Shown here one piece after another: positions 50,102-63,640 of a DNA stretch of 64,000 nucleotides (within the stretch, counting starts at the first letter, position 1; each line of letters begins with the position of its first letter). The DNA comes from Gnetum montanum (taxonomy: Eukaryota > Plantae > Gnetophyta). The notes under the pieces are model-generated. The model searched no databases. It was not told the origin of the DNA and worked only from the letters and a program-made list of their open reading frames with translations. Both the position numbers and the translations under genes were made by a program. The stretch spans positions 183,132 to 247,131 of the forward strand of contig MNCI01002612.1 of NCBI GenBank assembly GCA_015680685.1, written 5' to 3'.

Positions 50102-53100
50102 TTAGTAGGGATGATGGTCTCCCCCACGAATGGGTGGAAATGAGGAGACACGAAAAATGGAGTGTGGCTGATCAGGCGATGACGAGGTGGTTGCACTGGT
50201 TGAGTGGAGTTCTTGGAAAGGTTTCAGTTGGCAGTTGACTAACTGTGTTTTGGTGGGGTCTGCAGGTTTGTGGATGAGTAAGGCTTCATATGGAAAGGTT
50301 TTAGAGACAATGTAAGGGCCCTCCCACAATGTTTGAAACTTGGTCTATTGGGATACGTGTGAGGGGTTCCAATATAGTACTTTGTCACCACATCTAAATG
50401 AGACCTTCAAAATCCGAAGATCATGTCATTTTTTGTTGTAGGCCTTGTGGATCTCATTGGAGGATAGGGCCACTAATCAGTTCTCATCTAGCACACTTAG
50501 ATTGATCAGTCATTCATGTTGTGCTAGTGGTAGGTTAAGGCCTAAGTCGCTAGCAGTGGATAGTGTGCAGAGTTCGGCCTGAATGGGAAGTGTTGGCAAC
50601 TTTCTGTACACTAACTCATAGGGAGAGTACCCTACAGCAAGTTTCCAAGTGGAGTGATAGGCCTATAGGGAATCATTAAGTGTAGTGCTCCAATCCCTCC
50701 TGTATTTGCTGATGGTTTGGGTAAGGATCTTGGTGATCTTCCTATTGGTGACTTCAGCTTTCTCGTTGGCTTGGGGGTGATAGGGAGTTGTGAATTTATG
50801 TGTTACCCCTAAGCGTTGCATGAGTTTCCGAAAAGTGACACCTGTAAAGTCAGTTCCATTATCAAAAATGAGTGCATGTGGCATTCCAAACTTGTTAATG
50901 ATTTTTTGTTGGACAAATCATGCAGCAGTGTTGGAAGAACAGTCGACAATGGCTGCTGCTTCGACCCACTTTGTACAGTAGTCCACAGCGATGATGATAT
51001 ATGCCTTTCTATTTGATAGGGGTGTGACGGGTCCCATGAAGTCAATGCCCCAAATGTCAAAGGGCTTAAGTGGCTGGATCCACTGCGAAGGTTCCTGTAA
51101 CCGTGTCATCATCCCACTGTCCCTCTGGCATTGTTCACAGGAGCGGGCAAACCATTGTGCGTTCCTGAAGATAATGGGCTAGTAATATCCTGCAAGCAAG
51201 ATCTTAATGGCAGTGCAGCGTCTAGCATAGTGGCCCCCATAAGGGCCCTCATGAGCATCCTAGAGGATGCGCATTATATCATCATCAGGGACACACCATT
51301 GAACCAAGCCATCTACGCACACCTTGTAAAGGTGGTCATTGATTTCCATGAAATGCTTGACCTTATGGATAAACTATTTTTTCTGTTGATGGTTTCACTC
51401 CTTAGGTAGCTCCAGGGTTGTGAGGTAGGTGAGGATGTGGTTGAACCAAGGGGATTCCTTGGTTTCTTGAGGATCAACCATGCCTATGAAGAGGAGTTCA
51501 TCTAGAAATTGGTTGAATAAGGGCTCCTCTTCTGCATCATCCCATTGCAACCAAGACAAGTGGTCAGCAACCACATTCTTAGTCCCCTTCCTATCTACCA
51601 TGGTAAGATCAAACTCCTGAAGAATCACCAGCCACCGGATAATGCAGGGGCTCACCGTTGGTTTGTTCATCAGGAACCAAATAGCACTGTGGTCAATCTG
51701 CACAAACACCTCGTATCCGAGCACATAGTGCCAGAATTTGTCCAAGGTGAACACCATTGCCATCAACTCCTTTTCAATGGTGGTGTAGTTCAACTGAGCA
51801 CCCACAATACTATGGCTCACACAGTGGATATAACAAGGATTTTTTTGCTCGTCACACTATGTAAGCATGGCTCCCATGGTGAAGTTGGATGCATCCGTCA
51901 TAATGTGAAAGGGTCTGGACCAATCAGGGGCTCGTATAATTAGAGTTTCTATGAGTTTCTATTTTAGCACTTAAAATGTAAATTTGCACTCCTTGGTCCA
52001 TATGAATGGAGCATCCTTCTTTGTTAGCTCTACCAATGGCTTCGCGATCTTCAAGAAGTTTTCAATGAATCGCCGGTAGTAACCAGTGTGTCCAAGGAAT
52101 GACTGAACATCTTTGACGGTACTTGGTTGGTAGGTGATTCCTTGGATAACCCTAATCTTTTTAGGATCTATGTTGATCCCTGTTTATCAGATGTGATGCC
52201 CCAACATAATGCCTTCTTGGATCATCAAATGGCTTTTCTACCAATTGAGCTATAGATTGGTGTCTATACACCATTTGAGAACCTTCTCAAGATGGTCCAA
52301 AGCTTGCTCAAATGTGGCCCCATAGGTGGAGAAGTCATCCATGAAGACTTCTACACCATTTTCGATTTGTTACTGAAAAATGCTTAGGACAAGGCGTTGG
52401 AATGTAGTGGGTGCATTGCATAGGCCAAAGGGCATCTTCTTGTATGTGAAAGTCCCCCATGGACTCGTGAAAGTAGTTTTGGCCTAGTTCTCTGGTGCTA
52501 TTTGGATTTAGTTATAACCACTATAACCATCCAAAAAGCTGTAGTAGCGGTGCCTAGCTATGGTGTCCAACACCTAGTCCACAAATGGGAGCGGGAAGTG
52601 GTCCTTGAAGATTGCCATATTGAGCAACTAGAAATCAATACAGACCCTCCACTTGCCACCTTTCTTAGGCATGATAATGAGTGGGCTAACCCATTCGCTA
52701 TCGGTGATAGAATAAATGAATCCCGCATTTAGCAACTACTCGATTTCATCTTTTACAACCTGCTTTGATTTGGGATTCAGCTGTCTTTGTGGCTATCATC
52801 GTGGCTTCATGGAAGGGTCAAGATAGATCCAATGCTGGTAGACCCTAGGATCAACTCCAGTCAACTTAGGATATGATCATGCAAATGCAGCAACCCATTT
52901 ATTTACCACCTCCGACAACTTCTTCTTCTTTTCTAGAGCAAGGGTGGCATTAATAATTACTGGCTTGCCATTTTGCAAAAATGCATACTCTAAGTGAGCC
53001 GGTAAAGACTTTAACTCCAGGGGCTCTTGTTTGAAGCTCTCAAGGATTTCTAGCTATCCCCAGTTATCTTGGTCATTAACAATGGAGACCTATTGATGAA

Positions 53101-56030
53101 TCTCTTCCATTTCATCTCTGCTATCGATGTAGGCTTGTACAAGCCCCTCTGATAGTTCCATGCACAATGTGCTACTAGCATCAGCTGTCAGCCACTAGGT
53201 GCCTTCTTGGTTAGTGGCTGTTGTGTACAAGCACTGTTGAACAGGTGATTTCTCGGTACACTGACTGCATGCTTGAAGGGATATCCACTTAGCAAATCAT
53301 AATTACTACACACAGTTGCACCTTGAGTCACTGTACGTGATACATGGAACGTGTTTCTTCTCAACCTTCCTGAAAGGATTTTCCTTGGAAATTTCAAAGG
53401 ATAGATTGCAGAGGCCTAGTTGTGCATCCACCGTGCTTAGCTAGGCCCTTCCCATGATGATTGGGAAGTTCCCCTTGCAGTTCTCTACATGGATGACTAG
53501 GAAATCAGTAGGGTAGGACCACCCACAAACGGTGGTCACAATGTTCTCCACCAATCCCAAGGGAACGATGATGGACTGGTTTGCCAACTCGAGCTAAATG
53601 TTGCTCTTCTTTAGCAGGGGCAGGTTCTAGTTCTTGTACATATTATGAGAGATCAAATTGATCCCTGACCCCAAGTCTAGAAGAGCTTTGCATGGCTCAT
53701 TCCTTGCCACCTGAAGATAGATGAGGGAGCTTCTCGGATCAGTCAATTTCTGGGGAAGGTGACCTGCTTTGATCCAGTCGGTCATAGCATGCATGAGCAT
53801 GACTGTCTACACATTGGAGTGTTGTTGTTGTTGGCTTGGAGGCTGCTCTGGCAGTGGAATAGTTGAGGTGCTTGTAGGTTCAAAGGCACTGGCCACAGGT
53901 GTATGTGAGGGTATGTTCAAAGTGCTGGGCTAGAAAAAGGGACATTTCCATGGTTTGGGTTCCAGTCCACTTGGCTAAGGTGCCGGTTGTAAGTTAACAG
54001 CCCTCGTAGCGTTTCATTACTGCGACTATGGTAATATCTCTTCTTGCATTAGAGGTGTAGGTGGAAGCTAAGTGGAATATGATGGAGGAGTGGTAGGAGA
54101 AGGTGTGAAGGGTAGAAGAGATGTGGGGTTTCCCCCAAGGGTGATGAAGATTGAAGACGAAAATACTCCTGGGGATGGTAATGACTTTGAAAGGTTGCAT
54201 GGCTAGAAGAGTCCCTTGGAGAGATAGGTTGCTAAACATAGTACCCATAAGGATCTGGCTATTTTTAAGGGTATTTCTACCTTGGAGGTGACATCCCACA
54301 TGTTTTTGGGTGCTGCCACTATTTGAAGTATGCATACGGTTGCGGTGGTGCTCCACTTGGATAGTATCCTTGCTGCTGCTGGTGGAATCACCTAGAATTA
54401 CCTTGTGGATAAGGCAACCATTGGGGTTTTTGCCTTTGTGCAAAGTGAGGGTTCAATGCATACACCCCAGACTCTTGAAGATGCAACACCATAGGACAAC
54501 ATCCCTTAGGATGTTCATATTCGCATATGCCACATTCATCTTCCTTCTCAGTGTCAGATTCTGCAACCTGCTCTGCTATAGCAACCTTGCCCTTTCCCTT
54601 ATATTGGGCATGTTTAGATTCCTTCTTCCTACACCACTCATGGTCATTACCTTATGCTCTAGACTCCTCTGCGATTTTCAACACACTTTGGACCCTTTCA
54701 TCTAGAGAGTCCCACATCTTATCCATCTTTGCCAAAATTTCAGATGTGAACTTTTGTAATGACAAAGTCTTTCAATTTACCGCTGCTTCCAATGATGCTT
54801 CTTCCTTCTCATCACAAAAATAGACTTTTCTTTTTCTGAGGGAAGGATCCTAGTTGAATTCTTCTGCACTCTCCTTTTTTCTAAGTTCTCCTTCCTCCTT
54901 GGACACCTGTTCAATGAGGCGTTGCAACTAATGGGTCCTTAGCTCTAACAGTCACCCCTGGGTGTACATGCCAAGGGTCTTTCACATTTCAAAATAGATC
55001 CCATCAATGATGTGGTGAAGTTGTGCCTGCTAAGAGTAACCATGACCAGGGCACCGATGCAACAACGAGTAGTATATGCTCATGGCAGCATCCAAGGGTT
55101 CATGATTCCCTTGTTTCCAACCTTGGATTTGTTGTCTTAGGTTCTCCACTCTGGAGTACATTGGATATTTGTCATGAAAATTTCAAGCATTGTACTCCAT
55201 CTTCTGATTAATTCCAGCTCCAAGGACCAGTACCAACTTTCAGCTTCTTTGATGAGTGTGTGAGGGAATAGCTTCAACCTTTGCCAGTCATTGTCAATGT
55301 TTTGTAGGGTGCAAGCATCATTGAACACCTGCAGGTGGGTCTAGGGATCACAGTTGTATCCCCCTTCAAACCTAGGGATGTTGTTCATATCAATGCGCTT
55401 GATCTGACTATCCTTTATGTGCCTACTAGGAATTTGAACTGCCTCAGAGATCTAGAGCATACTCCAGGTAGCCAAAAATGGCTCATCTAAATCATAGTCC
55501 TGCTGAGGAGCATGACGTCTGTGAAGATTTCGACTATCCCTCCTTTCATGCTGGCGATCATCACATGATGGCTCGCATGTTTACTCGTGTTTCTCCTTCT
55601 AATCCTTTTGAACCTTTTTTCCCCCATCCTTTTGCTTCCTCCTACCTCGGTTATGATCAGAGCCTGAGCTAGATGAGGGATAAGGAGAGTGAGAGGATGG
55701 GGAAGAAGGAGAGGGATCTCTCCCTCTACCCCGATGATGGTCTTGATCATCCCATTCATCCTTGCTATGTGACCCTCCATCCCCTTGGGAATCTTGGCCA
55801 CATAGATTCTTGGAATGAATCATGGATTGGAGGACTTGGTGCCCCAGGGGAAGTTCAGTTGAATGGGTGTCATGAAAGATGGGATCTCCATCGTTTGGCA
55901 GCCCTTGTGGGAATAAGGGGTTACTAAATTTTTTTCCCTTCAACTATTCATATCTGTCTGCCTACTACTGATCTCTTGCTCTTTAAGCCTTAGTGGGACG
56001 ATAGTCCCAGTAGTCATGGTCATCCATGAC
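50102..56030 (-). pseudogene. pol: Element D gag-pol (gag-PR-RT-RH-INT), decayed
   Basis: gag RLKLFPHTLIKEAESWY; PR ALLDLGSGINLI; RT FMDDFS; RH NYTTIEKELMA...NVVADHLS; INT WGIDFMGP, FTTPYHPQAN, WEGPY. The start is approximate. Confidence 0.9.
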
Positions 56031-56413
56031 ATACTCTACTTCAAGGTTCTGGATGCCCAATCTGCCAAGATTGTGAAATAGCATCGCAGGAGCTAACTGG
56101 TTGGAAGGGTGTACAATATTTTCCTCCATGTCCCACCATCATAGATGCTCATCCTAATGTAGGATGAACATGAAATCAGGGACATACGCATCAGGATGCT
56201 TATACACCACCTGACACTCTTGTGGCACCGGTGGGGTGGATATCTCCCTCCTATGAGAAGACATGCTGGATGTTAGATGGTCCACGTAATTGATGTACCT
56301 TAATATTTATTTTTAATCTGCCTAGTGTGCATAAATATTTTTATCCTGGGTCTGTTCCAATGAGTTGAATGATAATTTCACTAAGGTTAGATGACACATG
56401 TAAGACTTAATAG

Positions 56414-56431
56414 TCCCCGACAATGGTGCCA
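56414..56431 (-). promoter_or_regulatory. Primer-binding site of D (tRNA-Asp type, typical of Athila)
   Basis: Minus strand TGGCACCATTGTCGGGGA, a CpG-decayed form of TGGCGCCGTTGCCGGGGA. Confidence 0.88.
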
Positions 56432-56432
56432 A

Positions 56433-57346
56433 TGATGAGCGACTAGGTACCCCTACACCCAACCATATGAATCATGGGCATTCACATGTGACCCGGTCAA
56501 ATTCCATAGACTGTAAGTACTTAACATACACCAGACTCTAACTAGTGAAACTCTGGGTTAGAACAGTCATTGTTTTCCTAACCTCACTTGTGATGTTCCA
56601 TTTACGATGATTAAGTGAGACTAAGGCTAATGATTTTTATAGATTTTTGCATATCTTTTGGTGGCTAATTTAAGATATGAAAGGTAAGGAATAAACTATT
56701 ATCTAATCTCTAATTATCCTAACTTGTATTCTAACTATTCCTAGCATAAGTATCTGGTCCCATCTTCTGAGCACATTCTGAGCATCTACTAACACTTCTG
56801 GGCTACCAGATGTTAAGCGTCACTGGGTTTACCAAGTGTTTAATTTACGTTTGAGATGGTCGTACTTATGGCCTTTATGAACTATGAATGAATAATAGCG
56901 ATTAAAATAATAATAATAGAAACTTAAGTAATTAACATGTAACTAACAAACATAAATGCATTAAACTACTGAATGCATAGAATAGCTAAGTCCAAATGCT
57001 ACAAGGAATGCTTAAATAGTTCATCTTTATTGTCATCACGTCAATGGGCTCAGATACATCAATGCTCAAATAAAGAGACAATGACTTTTCTTACACCTAC
57101 TGCGGGCACTTGGAAAATATTCTATCTCCTATGGGAACAAACTGCAAGAGCTTCGCTAGAACTAACTAAAAGATGCCTAAATGAGGCAGAAGGCCCTCTT
57201 ATTTATAGGCTGAGAAAGGCGGCTGTGTAAATGGGGCCACAGCGACGCAAGAAGGCTACGTCGATGGGCCCGCGTTGATGGGCCCATGTTGAAACGGCCA
57301 CATATATGTGGCCCAATCAACACAGTGACTCAATGATACTTCATCA
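56433..57346 (-). repeat. 5' LTR of D (914 bp)
   Basis: Partner of 44079-44995; adjacent to the PBS. Confidence 0.95.
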
Positions 57347-57351
57347 GCAGA

Positions 57352-57745
57352 GATACTGGATAGTGGAGTTAATCATGGCTTCAATAAACTTTGAACCCCT
57401 GCCCAAGTGAACCCTTCTTTTCCCTCCTTTCTTGGGCACCAAATTTGTACACATATTTGAACTCATTCTTTGTTTATTTAATAAGTTTTATGATTTCATT
57501 TTTTATACAATTTTAGAAATAATTTTTATAGTTTAAGTGCATCATTTCATAAATTTTCATATTTTCATGTTTTTCTTAAACCCCTGTTTTGCACCCCTCT
57601 AAGTCCCTGGGTGTTCTACTAGATTGTTTAGGGCACTTGAAATCCCATTTTTCTTGTAGAGGCCCTAGGATATTTAGGGTTAAGGCTACATATGATAGAG
57701 GATCCTTGGTTTCTTCTAGTGACCAAGGTTTTCCATTGTAATACA
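57352..57745 (+). repeat. 3' LTR of B, second part
   Basis: Follows the D TSD and ends with a terminus resembling the C LTR end. The rejoined LTR is ~1.55 kb, like the A and C LTRs. Confidence 0.65.
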
Positions 57746-58055
57746 AGCCTTCATGCAAGTGTTAATGCATGCTTCTAGTTGTAGTATGCCTTCTGGAAGG
57801 GACTACAAGTTAACTATGTGTGTAAAAATCTCATCAGAAGCATGGTCGCAGATAAGAAGTAGTGGTTTCCAAGTAACTAGTGATAAGTGAAAGTAGGGTG
57901 ACTTTTGGAGTCGATGGTGGGTGGATTGTTGGATGCACCCCATCGTAGTAAGTTGTAAATCTATGTTGGAAGTCTTTCAATCATCCAAAAGCCTCCATGC
58001 AAGTGTGAATGCATGCTTTTGGTTGTTGTATGCCTTCTAGAAGGGACTGCAAATA
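57746..58055. repeat. ~60-bp direct repeat spaced ~245 bp apart, flanking B
   Basis: agcct(t/c)catgcaagtgt(t/g)aatgcatgctt...gtatgccttct(g/a)gaagggact(a/g)caa at ~57746 and ~57990. Confidence 0.7.
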
Positions 58056-58399
58056 TGCTACCTATTAGATGCGAGCTGTAGATTTTGAATAATAACTGTG
58101 AGAGGATGCGATATGCATTGGCTTGCACCCATGTAAAAAATAGTCTACATCTAGTGAACGTATAGAAAATAATAACCAAGGTTTTAGATTGCAACATTGA
58201 TGCCAATTGAGGAGAAGTAGAGAAAGAAGGTTCATAGTGATTTCAAAGGTCTGTATGGTGGTTGATTTTAATTTGTAAGTTGTCTTTAATATTTTCAATG
58301 TTTGTAGAATGTGGAATTGTTGTTTGAGTTAGTGTCCAAAAATAATTTTTGTTCAGATGCGAGGATGACGAGAGCATGCTGGTTTTTGGGAAATAGCAT

Positions 58400-59680
58400 G
58401 GCAACAAGAAATACAAGACACAGCAAATGATCCTTTTTCACAAAATGAAATAAGATGGTCCTATTTCTATGATGATATCTTTTCTTGGATATACAGAGAA
58501 AGAGTGGACAATTTTATTGTAGGAGAATAGAGAAATGTAATGTTGCTATGTGAATTTTTATATAGGAACAAAAAACAATGGAAATGGTAAAAGAAACTCG
58601 CTTCCAAGCAAACAACTACACTTGTCATACAAAGTAGCCTTTCTTGAGTTTTTGAAGTCGTAAGTAATATTTATTAAATTTTTTGTATATTGCATATTAG
58701 CGAAATTATGCTTGATGTCCATGTATATACATGAATCATTTATCATTGTTTGTATGTCTTGAATGTTATAGTAAGAATGTCACCTAGGGAAGGAAGAAAA
58801 AGGAACAGAATTGGCAGAAAGACTAGTTACCAATGTAATTTCATAGTTTGCATTATGCGTGATGCTAAGCATGTCGCATGCATTATATATAAAGAAATGA
58901 ATCATGTTGACATGTTAGGAGCTTATTGTCATGGCATGCTTAGTCCCACATTAGATAGAAGAGATGATCAGTCAATACATATTTTCCCTAATATATATGT
59001 TGAAAGATAGTATCATTATGGAATGAAGGATTTCTATTAGATATCATTTATGAGAATATATCAAAAATCTACTTAACGAAGGGCAAGAATTCAAGGTATC
59101 TTGGAAGAGAAACATGTTTCTTCTAAAAAAGGAAATTTACAATATTTGAAAAAATGTTACACTAGAATACAAAAAAAGTAATAATGATAAAATTAGCATG
59201 ATGTTATGGTACCAAATCACCATACATTTCTTCTTTTACTTTTAAGAGGAGAACATTGAACACTCTATCCTAACAATCATTGGGTTGCAATCATCATGGA
59301 TGTTGAAAAAGATGATAGGTCTATCTCAAAACAACATACTTGCTATGGATTTAACCTTCAACACCAAAAAAAATAAGTAAGTAAATATTTGGGATATGTT
59401 TTTAGAAACCATGTACTAAGAATATTTTGTATTGCAATTGGTTCATTTTTCTAATAGAAGAGATATTTTTATAAATAGCTCCATCTTCACACAATCATGG
59501 CTTTTGATTCATACTATAATGGATTGCCTATAGCATGGGTGATCTCCTTTAGGGTTATAGGGAGAGATGTCACAGCTTAACTTTTTGAATTGATGAGAAG
59601 AAGTAGATCCCGAGAGCCATGGTGGACAGTAAATGCTTTCATGATAGATGATTGAAAAGTTGAAATGAATGTTGTAAGGT
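58400..59680 (+). pseudogene. Relic of a MULE/SWIM-zinc-finger transposase-like gene (At4g13970/At1g60560-like family)
   Basis: RVDNFIVGE; QCNFIV...VACIIYKEMNHVDMLGAYCHG; FDSYYNGLPIAWVI...WTVNAFMIDD. These are colinear with family motifs recalled from memory (RVDDFVRGE; CHFIV...HVD..G.PCHG; LPVAWII...FIIDD). Confidence 0.72.
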
Positions 59681-60959
59681 AAAAACTATAACACTAGAAT
59701 TTATTATCATTGCAAGCTCATGTGACTCACAATATTGTATCAAACTATGCTACACAACATATAATGGAAGACATGGTTTTGATAGGCAAACTATGAGCTT
59801 GATGTGAAATGCAAATAGTCCTGATAATATCCACTACATTCTACATGATGCTTATATTCTATTGATGTTAGAACATGCAAGTCGCATGTAAATGTTGGAA
59901 AAAGAAGCATTTCAATCATTAGAGTCAGAGTACCTACTAATCATAGTATCAAAAATAACTGCACTTCGTAGCATGGCATGTGACACACACATTTGAATTT
60001 GATATTGCGATGTTGCTACTTCACACATTGTCCTTGCACCATCTAATATAACTATGGTTCATAGTATTTATTGTGAGACGCATGTAAGGAAGTTAAACTA
60101 TGGGATAAATGCAATCTATAGTAGCTCTCATTGTTCATAAAATGTGAAAATTAAAAAGAGGGTAGTCATGAAAATGACACATTTTAACTATTTCATCATC
60201 ACCTATAGCTAACCATAGAGATGCAGAGTGCACTGAGTAAGACATTGCTATTTTCACCAAAGATAGTTGATAGTAGAAACTGTTACTGCTTAAAGTAATG
60301 ATGGGTATGGTATGTTATAGACTACAAATTTTTTTATTTATTTTATCAATTTTGTCATCCTAGGGTTTTTTGCCACTTCATGTGAAGAAAAACTTTGAAG
60401 GAGGTTGCATATGTAGACTTCTAGAATTCTATGTTTCATACCTCATGTCTCCTAGCATTGTAAATTTGTTTGTAAATTGAAGTTAAATTTTGAAATAAGC
60501 ATTATTTTCTAGGCTACATTGCAATTATGGGGTAGAGTTACCATGAATTTGATATAGCATAAATTTAATAGAGACGACAAATATGGGTTTTATAAGGGTA
60601 TGTTTAGTAACTTGTGTTAGTTGATGCCTTATTTAGAGATTTGAATGTGTATAATGAAAAAAAATGATAGCTAGGGTTCTAAGGATTATGTCCCAATTTC
60701 ATGCGTTTATATTGATTTGGCTCTTAATTTAGTTTATGCAAAGTTTACGCACATTGGTTTTTGTTTAGAGTGATAAGTTGTGCTAGGGATTATTTGCTTA
60801 TGTTACAAATGTACTAAGAAGTATTCATCTACATTATTGGTACACTTAATTTTCCAACCTATGTCATTTTCAATTATTGCATTCAATAGTTTAATCATAT
60901 ACATGGTTTGATTTTACTTACAAATGCCTTCTAGTTCTTACCCCATCATAATAATTAGC

Positions 60960-61850
60960 TGAAATTTGGCTTAAGGAGTGGCTCTTCAAAAATCTATAAC
61001 TACTTCCTCAATTGCTAGCATGCATTTTTTATACACTCTATAAGCGTTGCTTATGAATGAATAACTAAGGGAAATACCTTCAACTTTATTGTCAATATAT
61101 CTTAATTTATCTTTGATTTTCAAATAGGAGCATTTACAACTAAAAAAAATAAAGTAATTTACCTTCCATTTATTACCATAATAGAGATCAAATGGTATCT
61201 ATATGATGTTGGATCTAATCAGAATCATATTTAATACATAGTAGGATATCTTTATGGCTTCTCCCCAAAGTGATTTTGCCAATTTTAGTCATGGAATACG
61301 GTTCTTGCCATTTCTTGAAGCACCTAGATCTTATATTCACAAACTCCATTTTGTTGAGGTATTCTAAGAAATAAGAATTAGTAATAATCATTAATAATAA
61401 TAGAGAAATACCTTTTACCTTCTATGAGATATGTCCTTGCAAGTCCTATTAAATCAAGGTGTAAAAATTAAAGAGATTGTTTGATTGTAATATCAAATTT
61501 TCTATTAAAGGATATGAATTTTTGCTTATCTTTATAACATGTTTCACATATCCTATCCTTATTAGATTGAATTTGTAGACAATCCTTCATTGATCTATTT
61601 TTTGAAAGCTTAGGCGTTCAAAGTTTAAGTGTCCTATTCTTCCATGTCACAACTACTTGTCTTCTAATTTGCTAACTAAACACTTCAAATTATATCTACT
61701 CAAATCACAATTATCAATAACTATTACATTTCTAGATATATGTCCCATGTGGATTACTTCATCAATTTTAACATCCTTAATAATTTAATGGTCAACTTGA
61801 AATAATACAGCAATGCATAATGCATCATAGAACTGATGCAATTGATGATA
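60960..61850 (-). pseudogene. Ty1/Copia integrase relic
   Basis: Manual minus-strand translation: KCLVSK...HGRIGHLN; ICETCYKDKQ; FLHLDLIG...GKRYFSIIINDY; PQQNGVCE...LQEMART; NAYRVY. There is an internal deletion. Confidence 0.85.
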
Positions 61851-63112
61851 GTACACAATTAATTTACAACACACCAGTTCATAAAGCAACATACACAACA
61901 AAAATATATGTTTCCAATTACCATGAACAAACAAAGCAATAAAAGAACTAATGACATGAGAGCTACTAGTAAAATTGCAAAATTAGCAACATGCATGACT
62001 ACTATGCCCAATTATGCATAATACTTTTTTTCCTATGGAAATCGCAAGGGATGCAGTAGGAGTAGGAGGATGCAATTAGCTAATTGATCACTCTAGCTAT
62101 GCTAGCTCACCTATGTTTGTTTAGTGGCACTTTCCTAACCATCTCTAATGACTTGTAAAGATCTTCACCATTTGCTCCAAATACAACAAAATCTTCCTCA
62201 TCCAAATTCATAACATCAAATGGTCTACCTTCCCAAAGAACTTGTATTCTCCAAGCTTCTGCTTTTTTTTTCTAGTATGTTTCTAGAATTTAGGCATCTC
62301 ATCATGACTAGAATAATCACATGCAATTCTTGATGGTTGATGTAAATACTTAGGCAACTTTCTCATGGTTGCAATTTGCAATTTTCTTCAAAACTGATAT
62401 GCAAAGGAAATAATTACCTTATTTTAGGGTGCAAGCTTGGGTTTTTTTGGTTGAAGTTATTCCAAGACTATTAATTCATTCAGTAGGAGTAATTAAAGAT
62501 GGCAAGTGCTACTAAGTACATTAAAGAAATATAAAAGTTAGACATATATGTTAATTGGTTAGTGGTTGTAAATAGGTAATTAATGTTCAAAAAACATGAT
62601 TATGAAAAAAAATTATTCTATATGGTAAAGATACTATTAGGTTAGAGCAAATTTAACTGGAGGGATGGGAAATAGCTACATTGTTTTGGGCAACCGAGTT
62701 CGAGTGTAGGCAAAGTTATGCATGTTTTAATTTACAGTTATTTATTTTGAATATTAAACATATGGGAATGGCTAGGTTGGAAACTTATATTACTATTTTT
62801 AAAAATTATTTTTAATTATTTTTATTTTTTATGCTTTGCATTTTGTCTTAATAGAGAGGTAGTACACAACCAACTGATCAAAGAAAGTCAAATAGACTAT
62901 AAGGGCAAGAAGGCAGGAGGCATACCTAGGAATAATAGTAGGTTCACTCCCAGGCTAATGCCCAGAATGCTCAAAGAAAGCATGATAGGATTTTCCATGC
63001 CTAGAAGTGGCATGCTTAGGATGAGTGCTAGCACTAGGAGGCATAGTTTAGAGTAACCTTGATATGAAGTCCTAAGGACCTCAATTTATTACTACAGCTG
63101 GTGTGACCAGAT

Positions 63113-63640
63113 ATGCATGCTAAGCTCATTGAACATCACCTTGGATTCATCATGGGTGGTGGGCTTGAATATTATGAAGAGGAGGCACATCACTTTTACA
63201 TCTTCCATATCAAAGGTGCAAGATTGTTTGTGGTTGTACGCATTGGTGATTTTAGGTATTCATTAATAGAAGGCATCCTAGCAGACATATTTCACATAGC
63301 CATAGATCCACTTAGGAAATTTTTCATTATTGAAATGAAAAATAAAAAACACAGTTTCTTTTCATGGTTCCTGAGGTGGAGTCAGATGAGGCACGTTATC
63401 CTTACAAGAACTCCTCCTCTAAATGAAGAGTTCTTGTGAGAGCTATTCACACCAACCTCCTTGTTATGACTCATCACATGCATGTCATGTCCTTTAAATT
63501 GATGATATTGCTTGATTTGGAGGAATAATATTCTCTCAACTACCCCTACATTCTAATGAGCAAGATGCAAGTCCTAACTAGGGATGTAGCGATAATTCCA
63601 TTTCCATTAGTCACATTAGCTCTCTTTAGGCACTAGCAGA
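63113..63640 (+). pseudogene. Possible retroelement accessory ORF relic (Transposase_32-like)
   Basis: YYEEEAHHFY...VVVRIGDFRYSLIEGILADIFHI and LNYPYILMSKM resemble plant retrotransposon accessory-ORF patterns. No element borders were found. Confidence 0.35.

Larger units (their letters stand above)
44079..57346 (-). mobile_element. Element D: structurally complete 13.3-kb Athila-lineage Ty3/Gypsy element with TSD GCAGA
   Basis: LTR pair TGATG..CATCA; GCAGA at 44074-44078 and 57347-57351; tRNA-Asp PBS; gag-PR-RT-RH-INT with no aRH; 3' accessory ORF. Confidence 0.95.
17166..57745 (+). mobile_element. Element B: older Tat element of the same architecture, host of C and D; gag and 5' LTR not in the window
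   Basis: pol 20936-24110 continues at 41484 across the C TSD. PPT and 3' LTR start at 42912-42925. The LTR resumes after D and ends ...ttttccattgtaataCA at 57745, resembling the C LTR end ttttccgtcgttaCA. Confidence 0.8.

Noticed and set aside
51131-52732. Plus-strand ORFs overlapping D pol (and similar opposite-strand ORFs over gag/pol of A, B and C)
   Set aside because: These are shadow frames of the real coding strand with no independent motifs.
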